Below are positions 20,146-29,256 of a DNA stretch of 64,000 bases, in pieces (within the stretch, counting starts at the first letter, position 1; each line of letters starts with the position of its first letter). The translations under genes and the position numbers were made by a program. Location: assembly GCA_035533295.1 (NCBI GenBank), contig DATLUA010000014.1, positions 28,534-92,533 of the forward strand, in the 5' to 3' direction. The stretch is from Elusimicrobiota bacterium. Its GTDB lineage: Bacteria; Elusimicrobiota; Elusimicrobia; UBA1565; UBA9628. The notes under the pieces are model-generated. The model was not told the DNA's origin. It saw only the letters and a list, made by a program, of their open reading frames with translations, and searched no databases.

Positions 20146-22109
20146 AGGCGGCCCTTGTCCAGCCTCCCGTCTGGTGGACCGTTGACCCGCCCTTGGGCTT
20201 GGCGCAAATCGCCGGCTGTCTCAAGCATCACGGCCACGAGGTGTTCGTATTCGATTTGAACATTCTTCTTTGGAAGGACCGCCTCAAGAAATACGAAAGC
20301 CTGTGGGGATGGGAGCAGTTCCATTTCTGGAACCAACCGGAGTTCGTCTCGCGCTTCTTTGCGGAGCATGAAGCGCTGGTCAGCCGCTACGTCGAGTCGA
20401 TTCTGCGCACGGACGCGCCCGTCATCGGATTGTCCGTGCACAACGGCTCGCACTTGGCCGCCTTGGAAATCGCGCGCCGCATCAAAGCCGGCGATAAGCG
20501 CCGTAAAATCGTTTTGGGGGGACAATATTTTTTCTTCGGCGACAAGGTCAAGGAGATGCTCTCGGAGTCTTGCGTCGACGCCGTTGTCTGCGGAGAGGGC
20601 GACGAGTCGTTCCCGGAACTCATCAGGCGCCTGGATTGCTCCGGCAGCATTGAGCCGCTGCCCGGGGTCTGGATCAAGCGCGCGGGCGGGCTGATCTCCG
20701 GCGGAGAGCCTATTGCCATCAGGAACTTGGATCGGGTGCCCTTCGCCGATTTCACAGGTTTTCCAATGGAGCTCTACACCGATCCGGAGCGCCTGCCCAT
20801 CGCCGCCAGCCGCGGCTGCGTCTGGCAGTGCCGCTTTTGCAGCGCACGCGCTTTTTGGAGCGGCTACCGCTACATGGGCGGAGAGCGCATTTTCGCGGAA
20901 GTCCTGCACCACCGCAAACTCTACCCGCCGCGCGGCCACGTGGAGTTCTACGACATCACCGCCAACGGAGACGTGAAGGCCCTGCACCGCTTCAGCCGGC
21001 TCTGGATCGACGAAGTGACCGCTCGCCCCGCGCGCGCCACGGGCTGGAAAATCAACGCCATCATCCGTCCGGAGATGACACCCGAGGTGTTGCGCGATTT
21101 GCGCAAGGCTAACTGCCACGACATCATCTACGGCATTGAGAGCGGATCGCCCAGGCTGCTTAAAGCGATGAACAAGGGCTTCGTCGTCCCCGTGGCGGAG
21201 GAAGTTCTCCGGAATACCCGCGCGGCCGGCATCGTGACCGTGGGCAACTTCATGTTCGGCTTCCCCGGTGAGACGGAGGAGGATTTCGCGCAGACGCTCG
21301 AGTTTTTGCGCCGCAACCACGCCAGCTTCAGCCGAGTCTACGCCAGCGCCACGTTCACGAGCCTCGAGGAAAAAAGCTATCTTAAGGATCATCAAAAGGA
21401 TTTTGGAATCAAGGAAGTCCCGCCCGAGCGGTTTCACAACCTCTATTGGGAAAGCGACGACGGCGCTAATACCTATCCGGTACGCCTCGAACGCTACAAA
21501 AGATTCCGTGCCCTGGCGATTTCTTTGGGCATCGACGCTTATAAGGGGGTGAACGGTTCCTTGGAACAGGATCATCTGGCCAATCTGGCGCAATATCATC
21601 ACTACGCAGGCAAGCCGTTTTCCGCCGTCGCAAATTACCTTGATTATCTTGATGGCGACCTCTACCATGATCCGACCCACCGTCATTTGGCCGAGCAGAG
21701 GCCGGCTCTGGACGCGCTCCTACGCGCGCAAAAAGCGCTGACCAAGGCCAATCTTTTAGCCGAGGCCGTTCCCGAGGCGGAGGCCATTGGGCGGGACGTG
21801 GAGCGCCAAGTTCGCGATGGCGCCGGGGTCGCCTCTATTTTGGCTGAATGCAAAGATAGAAAGGGAGAAGCCTTTGAGTTGGCCCGCTTTCTAGCGCGGG
21901 CCTGGTGTTCCCTCAAAAGCTTGCCGGGGCAGTCTTTTCGGATATCATGGGAGGGAGGTTCGTTCGTCCTCTATTGGTCTCAGGAAAAGGCGCCGGGAAT
22001 CGCGGATTTGCGCGCTTTGAGGAGCCGTATGGACCTCCATTTAAGGCTCGCCGAGGTGGAAATTCGCCGCGGCGAGGACAGGAAGCCCGCGCCCGCGTGC
22101 GTGAGATGA
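20142..22109 (+). CDS. B12-binding-domain radical SAM protein (class B)
   Basis: MKAALVQPP N-terminus, GEGDESFPEL, ASRGCVWQCRFC motif. ATGA overlap at 20142. The ORF is trimmed from 20109. Confidence 0.85.
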   Translation: MKAALVQPPVWWTVDPPLGLAQIAGCLKHHGHEVFVFDLNILLWKDRLKKYESLWGWEQFHFWNQPEFVSRFFAEHEALVSRYVESILRTDAPVIGLSVHNGSHLAALEIARRIKAGDKRRKIVLGGQYFFFGDKVKEMLSESCVDAVVCGEGDESFPELIRRLDCSGSIEPLPGVWIKRAGGLISGGEPIAIRNLDRVPFADFTGFPMELYTDPERLPIAASRGCVWQCRFCSARAFWSGYRYMGGERIFAEVLHHRKLYPPRGHVEFYDITANGDVKALHRFSRLWIDEVTARPARATGWKINAIIRPEMTPEVLRDLRKANCHDIIYGIESGSPRLLKAMNKGFVVPVAEEVLRNTRAAGIVTVGNFMFGFPGETEEDFAQTLEFLRRNHASFSRVYASATFTSLEEKSYLKDHQKDFGIKEVPPERFHNLYWESDDGANTYPVRLERYKRFRALAISLGIDAYKGVNGSLEQDHLANLAQYHHYAGKPFSAVANYLDYLDGDLYHDPTHRHLAEQRPALDALLRAQKALTKANLLAEAVPEAEAIGRDVERQVRDGAGVASILAECKDRKGEAFELARFLARAWCSLKSLPGQSFRISWEGGSFVLYWSQEKAPGIADLRALRSRMDLHLRLAEVEIRRGEDRKPAPACVR

Positions 22110-22117
22110 GGCCGCCA

Positions 22118-22146
22118 TTGACAATGGGGGGGCATGCCGCTATCCT
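22118..22146 (+). promoter_or_regulatory. candidate internal sigma70-type promoter (TTGACA-17-TATCCT) embedded in palindrome CCATTGACAATGG
   Basis: Consensus -35 TTGACA at 22118-22123, a 17-nt spacer and a -10-like TATCCT at 22141-22146. The -35 sits inside the perfect 13-nt palindrome at 22115-22127. This lies in the only sizeable gap (55 nt) of this part of the operon. Confidence 0.3.
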
Positions 22147-22164
22147 TAATGAGATTATCGCGCG

Positions 22165-23337
22165 ATGAAGACATCGACCATGGAAGCTGAAGCGTTGGCT
22201 GCGGTCGCGCAAAAAACGCCCCCCACTTTCTCCGCGCTTCGCCGCCGCCTTTTAGAGCAGCGGCAGCGCGAAAATGTCGCGCTCAACAATCGGGAATGGG
22301 AAGAGAAAAAAATAATTCTTTCCAGCACCCCGCAACGAATCTTCCTGCAAATCAACGCCGTGTGCAACGCGGATTGCGTCTTCTGCTCCAAGGGCTACGA
22401 TTACCCGCTTTTCCGCATTGATGAATACAGGGAGAAATACGGGAGGCAGATCACCCCGGTGCTGCAAAAAGCGCGCGAGGTCATTCTGACCGGCTCGGGC
22501 GAGTTCATGGGCCTGCCGGACGCCCCCAAGATCATCCGCTACTTCAACAACGAGTTCCCTCACGTCGAAAAATACATCGCCACCAACGCCTCCCATCTCA
22601 AACCCGAGATTGTGGATTTAATCGCGGGCTCCGGCAGCCGCTACACCCTGCAGATCTCGCTGCACGGCAGCGACGAGGAAACCCACAAGCTCATGATGCG
22701 CTACAACTCTTATCCGCGCGTCATGGAAAACGTCCGCCGACTGATGGAGGCGCGCGGCCGCGGCGGCAATCTCTCGATTTCCTTCATGTTCGTCATGACG
22801 ACCTTGAACGTGGAAAACCTTCCGGATTTTGTGCGCTTCGCCAAGGACATGGGCGCCGAACGGGTCTTGGCGGGCTATTTCTACATCTACGAGGCGCAGC
22901 AAAAATACCTGTCCCTCTATTTCAAGCAGGACTTGGCCAATAGAATCATCGATGAGGCCCGGCGCGTCGCGCAAGAAGTGGGCATCGAGGTCCGCCTGCC
23001 GCACAAGTTCGGGCAGCGGCCCGAGGCGTCCTCCAAGCCCACCTCCTGCATCGAGCCGTGGCATCAGGTGATGGTCAATCCTGACGGGGCGGTTCTTCCC
23101 TGCGACGTCTATGGGGGCTTCAACGAGAACTTGAACCAGAAAAGCTTTATGGAAATCTGGAACGGACCGGCCTACCGCGTGATTCGGGCCGCCCTGCGTC
23201 GAGGCGGGGGGTGCCTGACCACCTGCCCGCGGCATAACCCCATCGGCATCAACGATTGGCGCGCGCACGTCATCCACCGCCCCAAAGAGGACCGCCAAAT
23301 CGCGAAGGAGTATCGGGAGGCCCTGAGAAAGCCATGA
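22165..23337 (+). CDS. radical SAM/SPASM domain protein
   Basis: CNADCVFC motif. C-terminal SPASM (MVNPDGAVLPCDV...FMEIWNGPAY...GGGCLTTCP). Confidence 0.85.
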   Translation: MKTSTMEAEALAAVAQKTPPTFSALRRRLLEQRQRENVALNNREWEEKKIILSSTPQRIFLQINAVCNADCVFCSKGYDYPLFRIDEYREKYGRQITPVLQKAREVILTGSGEFMGLPDAPKIIRYFNNEFPHVEKYIATNASHLKPEIVDLIAGSGSRYTLQISLHGSDEETHKLMMRYNSYPRVMENVRRLMEARGRGGNLSISFMFVMTTLNVENLPDFVRFAKDMGAERVLAGYFYIYEAQQKYLSLYFKQDLANRIIDEARRVAQEVGIEVRLPHKFGQRPEASSKPTSCIEPWHQVMVNPDGAVLPCDVYGGFNENLNQKSFMEIWNGPAYRVIRAALRRGGGCLTTCPRHNPIGINDWRAHVIHRPKEDRQIAKEYREALRKP

Positions 23338-24293
23338 ACGCCGAAACCTCCCTGAACATGGCTTCCGCCTTGCCCAAGCGCACGGTTGTTTTCGCCTGGG
23401 ACATGCACTACAGTTGCAACTACCGCTGCCCTTACTGCTGGTACACCACGACCGGCTGGACGGAGCTGGCCAAGAAAAGCGTTTACAAGACGGCCAAGGA
23501 GTGGGCCGCGGTGTGGGAGCGGATGCACCGAAAATACGGCCGTTGCCAGCTGCGCATCACCGCGGGCGAGCCCTTCACATACCCCGATTTCCCGGACATC
23601 GTCAAAACCCTGACGCAGTGGCACGATGTGCAAATCACCAGCAACTGCTCGAACACCGAGGCCATGGAGAAATTCGCCGCCCAGGCCGATCCGGCCCGCG
23701 TCGAGGTGGACTGCACGTTCCATCCCCTGCAGGGCGAGTTCGAGGCTTTCGTGGAGAATGTTCTGCGCTTGAGGCGCCGCCAATTCACCGCCAACGTTTG
23801 CTACCTCGCCTATCCGCCGCAGATGCCCCGGATGGGAGAGTTCAAGAAACGCTTCAAGGACCGCGGCGTCTACATGAACATGGCCATCTTTTGGGGAAAG
23901 TACAAGGACAAGGACTATCCGTTCGCCTATACCGAGCAGGAAAAAGCCTGGATCAAGGAAGTCATCGGGTATGAAACCGGCCCCGAGACCGTCAATCTTG
24001 ATCCGCTGGTCATTAAAGGGAAAGTTTGCGGCGCCGGCCAGCGCTACGCCGTGGTGCAGGCCGACGGCAGGGTCTACCGCTGCGGCCAGCTTTGCCACGA
24101 GGGCATGTCCTTGGGCAGCATTTTCGATCCGGGGTTCGAGCTTTATCCCACCGGACGGCCCTGCGCCGTGGACTATTGCAAGTCCAAGGAATTTCAAGCG
24201 GCCTGGGAAGACGAGGAAAAGCAGAAGATGCTGCAGAAAAACGAAATTTTGGCTGAGGACGCCGGCGCCGCGGCGCCGGCACAGCGCGCATGA
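23334..24293 (+). CDS. small radical SAM paralog A (CNYRC-x-YC family, partial SPASM)
   Basis: FAWDMHYSCNYRCPYCW, a GEP motif (AGEPFTYP) and a C-terminal CGAGQRYAVVQADGRVYRCGQ...PCAVDYC. ATGA overlap at 23334. Confidence 0.85.
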   Translation: MNAETSLNMASALPKRTVVFAWDMHYSCNYRCPYCWYTTTGWTELAKKSVYKTAKEWAAVWERMHRKYGRCQLRITAGEPFTYPDFPDIVKTLTQWHDVQITSNCSNTEAMEKFAAQADPARVEVDCTFHPLQGEFEAFVENVLRLRRRQFTANVCYLAYPPQMPRMGEFKKRFKDRGVYMNMAIFWGKYKDKDYPFAYTEQEKAWIKEVIGYETGPETVNLDPLVIKGKVCGAGQRYAVVQADGRVYRCGQLCHEGMSLGSIFDPGFELYPTGRPCAVDYCKSKEFQAAWEDEEKQKMLQKNEILAEDAGAAAPAQRA

Positions 24294-25297
24294 CCTCCGA
24301 GCGCGCCGGAACCGCCCTGGAGCCGTCCGATAAGACGGCGTGGCCCTGGTGGAGCAACGAGGTCTGGGACCGCGTGTCTTTTACCTGGGATTTATGGTAC
24401 GGCTGCAACTACCGCTGTTCCTACTGCTGGTGGGAAATGGACAACCTCTGGGCGGAACTCGCGAAAAAACACCGCATCCTGCCACCGGAGCAGTGGCTTG
24501 CGTGCTGGGACCGGATTTACGATCTTTATGGAACGACGCGCGTGGACGTGCTTGGCGGGGAACCCCTGCGCTATCCTTCGTGGAAGCAGCTTTTCGAAGG
24601 GCTTTCGCGGCGGCATCGGGTTTCCATTACGACGAACCTTTCCGTTTCGATGGCGGATTTGCGGGAGATGACGGACCGGGTTTCCCCCGAGCGTATTCAT
24701 TTCGCGGCCAGCTACCACCCGCAGTTCGCGAAGTGGAATGATTTTATCGAGAAGATAGGATTCCTGAAGGAGCGGGGCTACTTCCCGCACGTTCTGGTCG
24801 TGGCCTGGCCGCCGCTGCTCAAGGACCTTGCGCGTTGGAGCGATTTTTTTCGGCAAGCGGATGTTCCCTTCACTACCAGCGTTTTCCAGGGTCGATATGA
24901 GGGAAGGGAATATCCCGAATCCTACACGACGGATCAGAGAGCGCTTTTGGGCTTGAATATTCCCATCGCGGAAGAGCAGCGCTACCGCTTGGAGCGACAA
25001 AGCACACAGGGCAAGCTCTGCGGCGCCGGGCACGTCTACGCGAACATCAAAGGGAACGGGGACGTCTACCGCTGCGGCCAGGATTGCCTCGGCGGCGCCA
25101 AGCCGCTTGGGAATATTTTCGATGTGGGCTTCGGTTTGCACAAGGCGCCGGCGCCCTGCCCGTATAAGCACTGCAGTTGCGGTGAGTTCGCGTTTTTATG
25201 GGAGGATTGGACCCGGAAAAAAGGGCGGCTTGAATTCGCCGTTGCCAATTCCCTGCGCAGACAAGAGGCGCAAACGCGGGAGGCCCGGCATGGCTAG
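24290..25297 (+). CDS. small radical SAM paralog B
   Basis: FTWDLWYGCNYRCSYCWW, GGEPLRYP and CGAGHVYANIKGNGDVYRCGQ...PCPYKHCSCGEF. ATGA overlap at 24290. Confidence 0.85.
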   Translation: MTSERAGTALEPSDKTAWPWWSNEVWDRVSFTWDLWYGCNYRCSYCWWEMDNLWAELAKKHRILPPEQWLACWDRIYDLYGTTRVDVLGGEPLRYPSWKQLFEGLSRRHRVSITTNLSVSMADLREMTDRVSPERIHFAASYHPQFAKWNDFIEKIGFLKERGYFPHVLVVAWPPLLKDLARWSDFFRQADVPFTTSVFQGRYEGREYPESYTTDQRALLGLNIPIAEEQRYRLERQSTQGKLCGAGHVYANIKGNGDVYRCGQDCLGGAKPLGNIFDVGFGLHKAPAPCPYKHCSCGEFAFLWEDWTRKKGRLEFAVANSLRRQEAQTREARHG

Positions 25298-26138
25298 CCC
25301 GCAGGTTCGCTTCACTTGGAACATCCACTGGAGCTGCAACTACCGCTGTTCCTACTGTTTTTTTGATGGACGCTGGGCGGAGTACGGACGTCGCAACGTC
25401 TACCAGAGCGTGGATCAGTGGATGGGACACTGGCGGCGGATTTATGAAAAATACGGGCGGTGCTATCTGACCATCAACGGAGGTGAGCCATTCGCGTATC
25501 CCAACTTCGTGGAGTTGATGGTCCAGGTCTCGTCTCTGCACTGGCCCATCAACGTCACCACGAACACGTCCTTGCACCTTAAAGATTTTGTCGGCCGCGT
25601 CGATCCGGCCAAGGTCTCCATCTCCATCAGCTTTCATCCGCAGTACCACACGATCGATGAGTTCCTCAAAACCGTGCGGTTCTTGAGAGAGCGCCGCGCG
25701 AACATCGGATGCATCAATTTCGTGGCCTGGCCGCCTTTTTTGAAGGATTTGGCCGAATATATCCGCCGGTTTCAGGCGGAAGGGGAGAGCCTCAAGGTTA
25801 TTCCCTTCATCGGCGCTCATGAGGGTGTGAATTATCCAGACAACTACAGCGAAGGGCAAAAAAAAATCCTGGGGCTCACCGATAATTGGCTGGAGAGCAA
25901 GCGCCACGAAGGCATGCTCTGCCGCGCCGGGCACCAGTCGGCGCTTCTTCTGCCGACCGGCAAGGTGGCCCGTTGTGGGCAAATCGGCGACCGCTATCTC
26001 ATCGGGGATTTTTTCCAGGAAGGGTTTTCTTTGATGAAAGAGCCCATGCCCTGTGATGAGCAATTTTGCCCTTGCGATGAGTGGAAAGTCATCCCGGATG
26101 AAAAGCCGCCGGAGAAGGCGGGGGCGTGGCTGCCGTGA
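25290..26138 (+). CDS. small radical SAM paralog C
   Basis: FTWNIHWSCNYRCSYCFF, GGEPFAYP and CRAGHQSALLLPTGKVARCGQ...PCDEQFCPCDEW. Start at the ATG at 25290, which overlaps the upstream stop by 8 nt. Confidence 0.85.
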   Translation: MASPQVRFTWNIHWSCNYRCSYCFFDGRWAEYGRRNVYQSVDQWMGHWRRIYEKYGRCYLTINGGEPFAYPNFVELMVQVSSLHWPINVTTNTSLHLKDFVGRVDPAKVSISISFHPQYHTIDEFLKTVRFLRERRANIGCINFVAWPPFLKDLAEYIRRFQAEGESLKVIPFIGAHEGVNYPDNYSEGQKKILGLTDNWLESKRHEGMLCRAGHQSALLLPTGKVARCGQIGDRYLIGDFFQEGFSLMKEPMPCDEQFCPCDEWKVIPDEKPPEKAGAWLP

Positions 26139-27502
26139 TCCGATTAACGTTGGTCCAATGCCCCGCTTGGGGCGTCGACGATCCGCCTCTGGGGGTGGCC
26201 CAACTGCTCGGCTGCGTGGCGCACTGCAACCATCACGGCCGTCCCTTCGACGTCAATATCCGTCTTTGGCAGGAATGCGCTCCAGAGGAGCGGCGTTTCT
26301 GGGGTCAGGATGTTCTGCCATCGTGGAATGATCGCTCTTGGGTCGCGGCTAGGGCCGAGGCATGGGAAGAGAAGCTCTCGCGTTATGCGGAGGAGATATT
26401 GGCCGATGATCCGCGAGCCGTGCTTTTGTGGGCGGCAGAAGGGTCCCAATGGTTTAGCCTTGAGATGGCCAAGCGCATCAAGACGCGCAATGGCACCGCG
26501 ACGGTTTTCATCGGCGGGCCCTATTTCAACGATGCGGCCCGGGTGAGTGCCTTTATCGCCGAGCCCTGCATCGACGGAGTCATGGCTGGAGCGGGCGACG
26601 ACCTGCTGGCGAAGCTCCTGGGGCTTTACCAGGCCTGCGGCCGCTGGATGCCATTACCGGGGATGACGGTTAAGGAGAAAGGGGCCATCGCTAGCGGAGG
26701 CCGCCCGGTACCTTTTACGTTCGACTGGGACTTGGCGCCTCTGTGCGATTTTTCTGGATTCAAAACGGAACTTTACCGCAAGCCCCTCCAGATGCCGCTC
26801 GCGTCGAGCCGCGGCTGCCGCTGGTCCCACCCTTCCTGCGCGCGGGATTATTGGGGCAAATATTCATTCAAAAGCGGAGACAGGATATTCAGCGAGGCAG
26901 CCAAGCAGCTCCACGATCAGAGATTTTGGCGGCACCTTGAGCTTTACGATCTCGACGCGAACGGCAAACCGGACAGCCTCAAGCGCTTTAGCGAAATGAT
27001 TCTTGAGAACCGTCTTCCTGAGGCCGGCTTGACCTGGAGCATGAACGCCTCGCTTGATTCGGGAGCGGACGCGCAAAGACTCGCCCTTTTCGCGAGCGCG
27101 GGCTGTCGGGAAATCGTTTACACCTTGGAGGCCGATTCGCCGCCCGTCGTGCCGCAAGCGGCTGAACGAATTCTTCGAGATACCCATGAGGCTGGGATCG
27201 ATTGCGCTGTTTTTCTCTCTTCTATTGGAGGCGCGGATACGCCTAAATCCGATTTTTCGTCTATTTTAAGCGCAGTCGACCATCTGCGGCCATGGCTTGA
27301 CGGCGTCGTGATTGACAGGACGGTTTTAGACGTGCCTGCCCGTCACCGGGGCTCGGTGCCGGGCATTGCGGCGCGCGAGGAGCAACTGGAGATTTTTTGT
27401 GGGACCTTGGGAATGACGTGGTCTCCATTTTTCAGCCAGGGAACGACGGGGTTGCGCGTCGCGAGCCGCAGCGCAAAGCCCGCCGTGTTGGCGGCGCGCT
27501 AG
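26126..27502 (+). CDS. degenerate B12-binding-domain radical SAM-like protein (CxxxHxxC; likely non-canonical or non-catalytic)
   Basis: B12-rSAM-like N-terminus (LTLVQCPAWGVDDPPLGVAQLLGC) with a degenerate GEGE motif (AGAGDDLL). The motif position reads ASSRGCRWSHPSCARDYW, so the middle Cys is replaced by His. GTG start at 26126, overlapping the upstream gene. Confidence 0.7.
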   Translation: MAAVIRLTLVQCPAWGVDDPPLGVAQLLGCVAHCNHHGRPFDVNIRLWQECAPEERRFWGQDVLPSWNDRSWVAARAEAWEEKLSRYAEEILADDPRAVLLWAAEGSQWFSLEMAKRIKTRNGTATVFIGGPYFNDAARVSAFIAEPCIDGVMAGAGDDLLAKLLGLYQACGRWMPLPGMTVKEKGAIASGGRPVPFTFDWDLAPLCDFSGFKTELYRKPLQMPLASSRGCRWSHPSCARDYWGKYSFKSGDRIFSEAAKQLHDQRFWRHLELYDLDANGKPDSLKRFSEMILENRLPEAGLTWSMNASLDSGADAQRLALFASAGCREIVYTLEADSPPVVPQAAERILRDTHEAGIDCAVFLSSIGGADTPKSDFSSILSAVDHLRPWLDGVVIDRTVLDVPARHRGSVPGIAAREEQLEIFCGTLGMTWSPFFSQGTTGLRVASRSAKPAVLAAR

Positions 27503-27518
27503 AAAGGGAGGAAGGCCT

Positions 27519-28595
27519 ATGGGTTCGTGCGGGACGGGAGGTTGCAGCGGTTGCGGCACGAAGCACGAGGGGCCGCAGGCTCCTGAAGGAGACATGGCCG
27601 CGCACGGAGAGTTGGACGCGGCCATTCCCCACAAAGAGCAGGAATACCGTCCTCTGCTGCCTCGTCACGCGCCGCCGTACAAGGTCCATTGGAATTGGGA
27701 GATCATGCTGCCCTGCAATTACCGCTGCAGCTATTGTGTCGTCCATAACGAAGCGGCGCAGTATCTTATCCTTGGCGTCCCCGAATGGCGCAAGATTTGG
27801 GAGCGGATGTTCAAGCTCTACGGTTGCTGCCAGGTGCGCTTTGCGGGCGGCGAGCCGACGATTTATCCAAACTTCATCGATTTAGTCGGGATGATTCTCG
27901 AGATGCATACCGTGGATATCACGACGAACCTGAGCTTCGACATCGAAGAGTGGATTAAGAAAGTCCCGAGCCAGGGCATCGCGATTTCCGGAAGCCTGCA
28001 CTTGGAGCATCAGAAGCCCGAGGATTTCTTGAAAAAACTTCTCGTCTTGCGCAATAAGGGGAACCAGCTCATCTCCGCATCCTTGGTCGCCTATCCCACT
28101 TATGTGGATAAAATCGACGGCATTAGGGCTATGTTCGAAAAGGAGAACGTTCTCTTCAAGATTATTCCGTTTAACGGCGTCTACGAGGGCAAACGCTATC
28201 CCGGCGCTTATACCGATATGGAGCGGGTCATGCTGGGGATGCAGGTGCAGCGATCGACCGATGAACTCGGCAAGACGCTCAACAAGCAGTGGCAGGACTA
28301 CGCCAATGCCAAGCCCAACGATAAGAACTTCCTGGGCATGCCCTGTCATATGGGCGAGATGTACGCCAAGATATATTCCGATGGGACGGTGCGCCGCTGC
28401 TGCCACACGGGCGTCGATGTCCTGGGCCACATCACCGATGAAAATCTGCGGCTTTTCGAGAAGGCGGAGCCCTGCACGGTGATGAGCTGCAGCTGTTGGA
28501 AGCCCATGGTGGCCGGGAAATACGAGGAGAAGGTACACATGCTGTGGCAGTCGGCGGATCATCCTGTTTATCCGGTGAAGGCGCCCAATGCCTGA
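27519..28595 (+). CDS. small radical SAM paralog D with Cys/Gly-rich N-terminal extension
   Basis: N-terminus MGSCGTGGCSGCGTKHEG followed by a ~50-aa linker, then VHWNWEIMLPCNYRCSYCVV, GGEPTIYP and PCTVMSCSCWKP. Strong RBS (GGGAGGAAGG). Confidence 0.85.
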   Translation: MGSCGTGGCSGCGTKHEGPQAPEGDMAAHGELDAAIPHKEQEYRPLLPRHAPPYKVHWNWEIMLPCNYRCSYCVVHNEAAQYLILGVPEWRKIWERMFKLYGCCQVRFAGGEPTIYPNFIDLVGMILEMHTVDITTNLSFDIEEWIKKVPSQGIAISGSLHLEHQKPEDFLKKLLVLRNKGNQLISASLVAYPTYVDKIDGIRAMFEKENVLFKIIPFNGVYEGKRYPGAYTDMERVMLGMQVQRSTDELGKTLNKQWQDYANAKPNDKNFLGMPCHMGEMYAKIYSDGTVRRCCHTGVDVLGHITDENLRLFEKAEPCTVMSCSCWKPMVAGKYEEKVHMLWQSADHPVYPVKAPNA

Positions 28596-29229
28596 AAATA
28601 AAAACGCGTCGTTTTGCCGCTGGCGGCGGTTCGGAAAGGCCGGCGTCCGGTTGGACGCCGAAAAAATCCTCTATATAGATCCGATCGTCATCGAGCCCGG
28701 CGCGCCCAAGGCCGACATCGTGCTGCTGACCCATGGTCACGCGGAACACTTTTCTCCGGACGACGTTGCGAAGGTGTCCAGCGCGCAGACCGTGGTGGCA
28801 GGGCCCGCGGCCTGCGTGGGGCTTTTCCGGCTCAATCAACTGCCGTTTGAAGCGGGGGAATCGAAAACGGTTCTAGGAGTCTCCGTCATGGCGACGCCCG
28901 CGTATTGTCCGGATGATGCCCGGCATCCCAAAGAAGCCGGAGGGTTGGGATACCTCATCGAGATGGGCGGCGTCCGCATTTTCTGCGCCGGAGATACTGC
29001 TGTCGTGCCGGAATTGCGCGGCCTCAAGGCGGACGCGGGCTTTCTTCCGGTGGCCGAGGACTTGATGTCCGCCCGAACGGCGGTGGCCCTGGCTCGAGAC
29101 ATGGGGCTGCGGATGGCGGCGCTCACGCATGCCGAGCCGGGCTCCGCGCTGGAAAAGGATTTTATCGAGTTGGCCCAAAGAGAAGGCATCGCGGCGTGGC
29201 TGCCGGAGCCGGCTTTCGCGGCGGCTTGA
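28588..29229 (+). CDS. MBL-fold metallo-hydrolase
   Basis: HGHAEH metal-binding motif (LLTHGHAEHFSPDD), a later Asp (FCAGDTAV) and His (LTHAEPG). 213 aa. Overlaps the upstream gene by 8 nt. Confidence 0.75.
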   Translation: MPENKNASFCRWRRFGKAGVRLDAEKILYIDPIVIEPGAPKADIVLLTHGHAEHFSPDDVAKVSSAQTVVAGPAACVGLFRLNQLPFEAGESKTVLGVSVMATPAYCPDDARHPKEAGGLGYLIEMGGVRIFCAGDTAVVPELRGLKADAGFLPVAEDLMSARTAVALARDMGLRMAALTHAEPGSALEKDFIELAQREGIAAWLPEPAFAAA

Positions 29230-29256
29230 CGGCAGTCGAAGGCACAGGAGATTGAT

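Noticed and set aside
20106-21686. 526-aa minus-strand ORF antisense to the B12-rSAM gene
   Set aside because: Same reasoning. The sense strand encodes a motif-complete B12-rSAM. The antisense translation is Ala/Arg/Gly-rich with no motifs.
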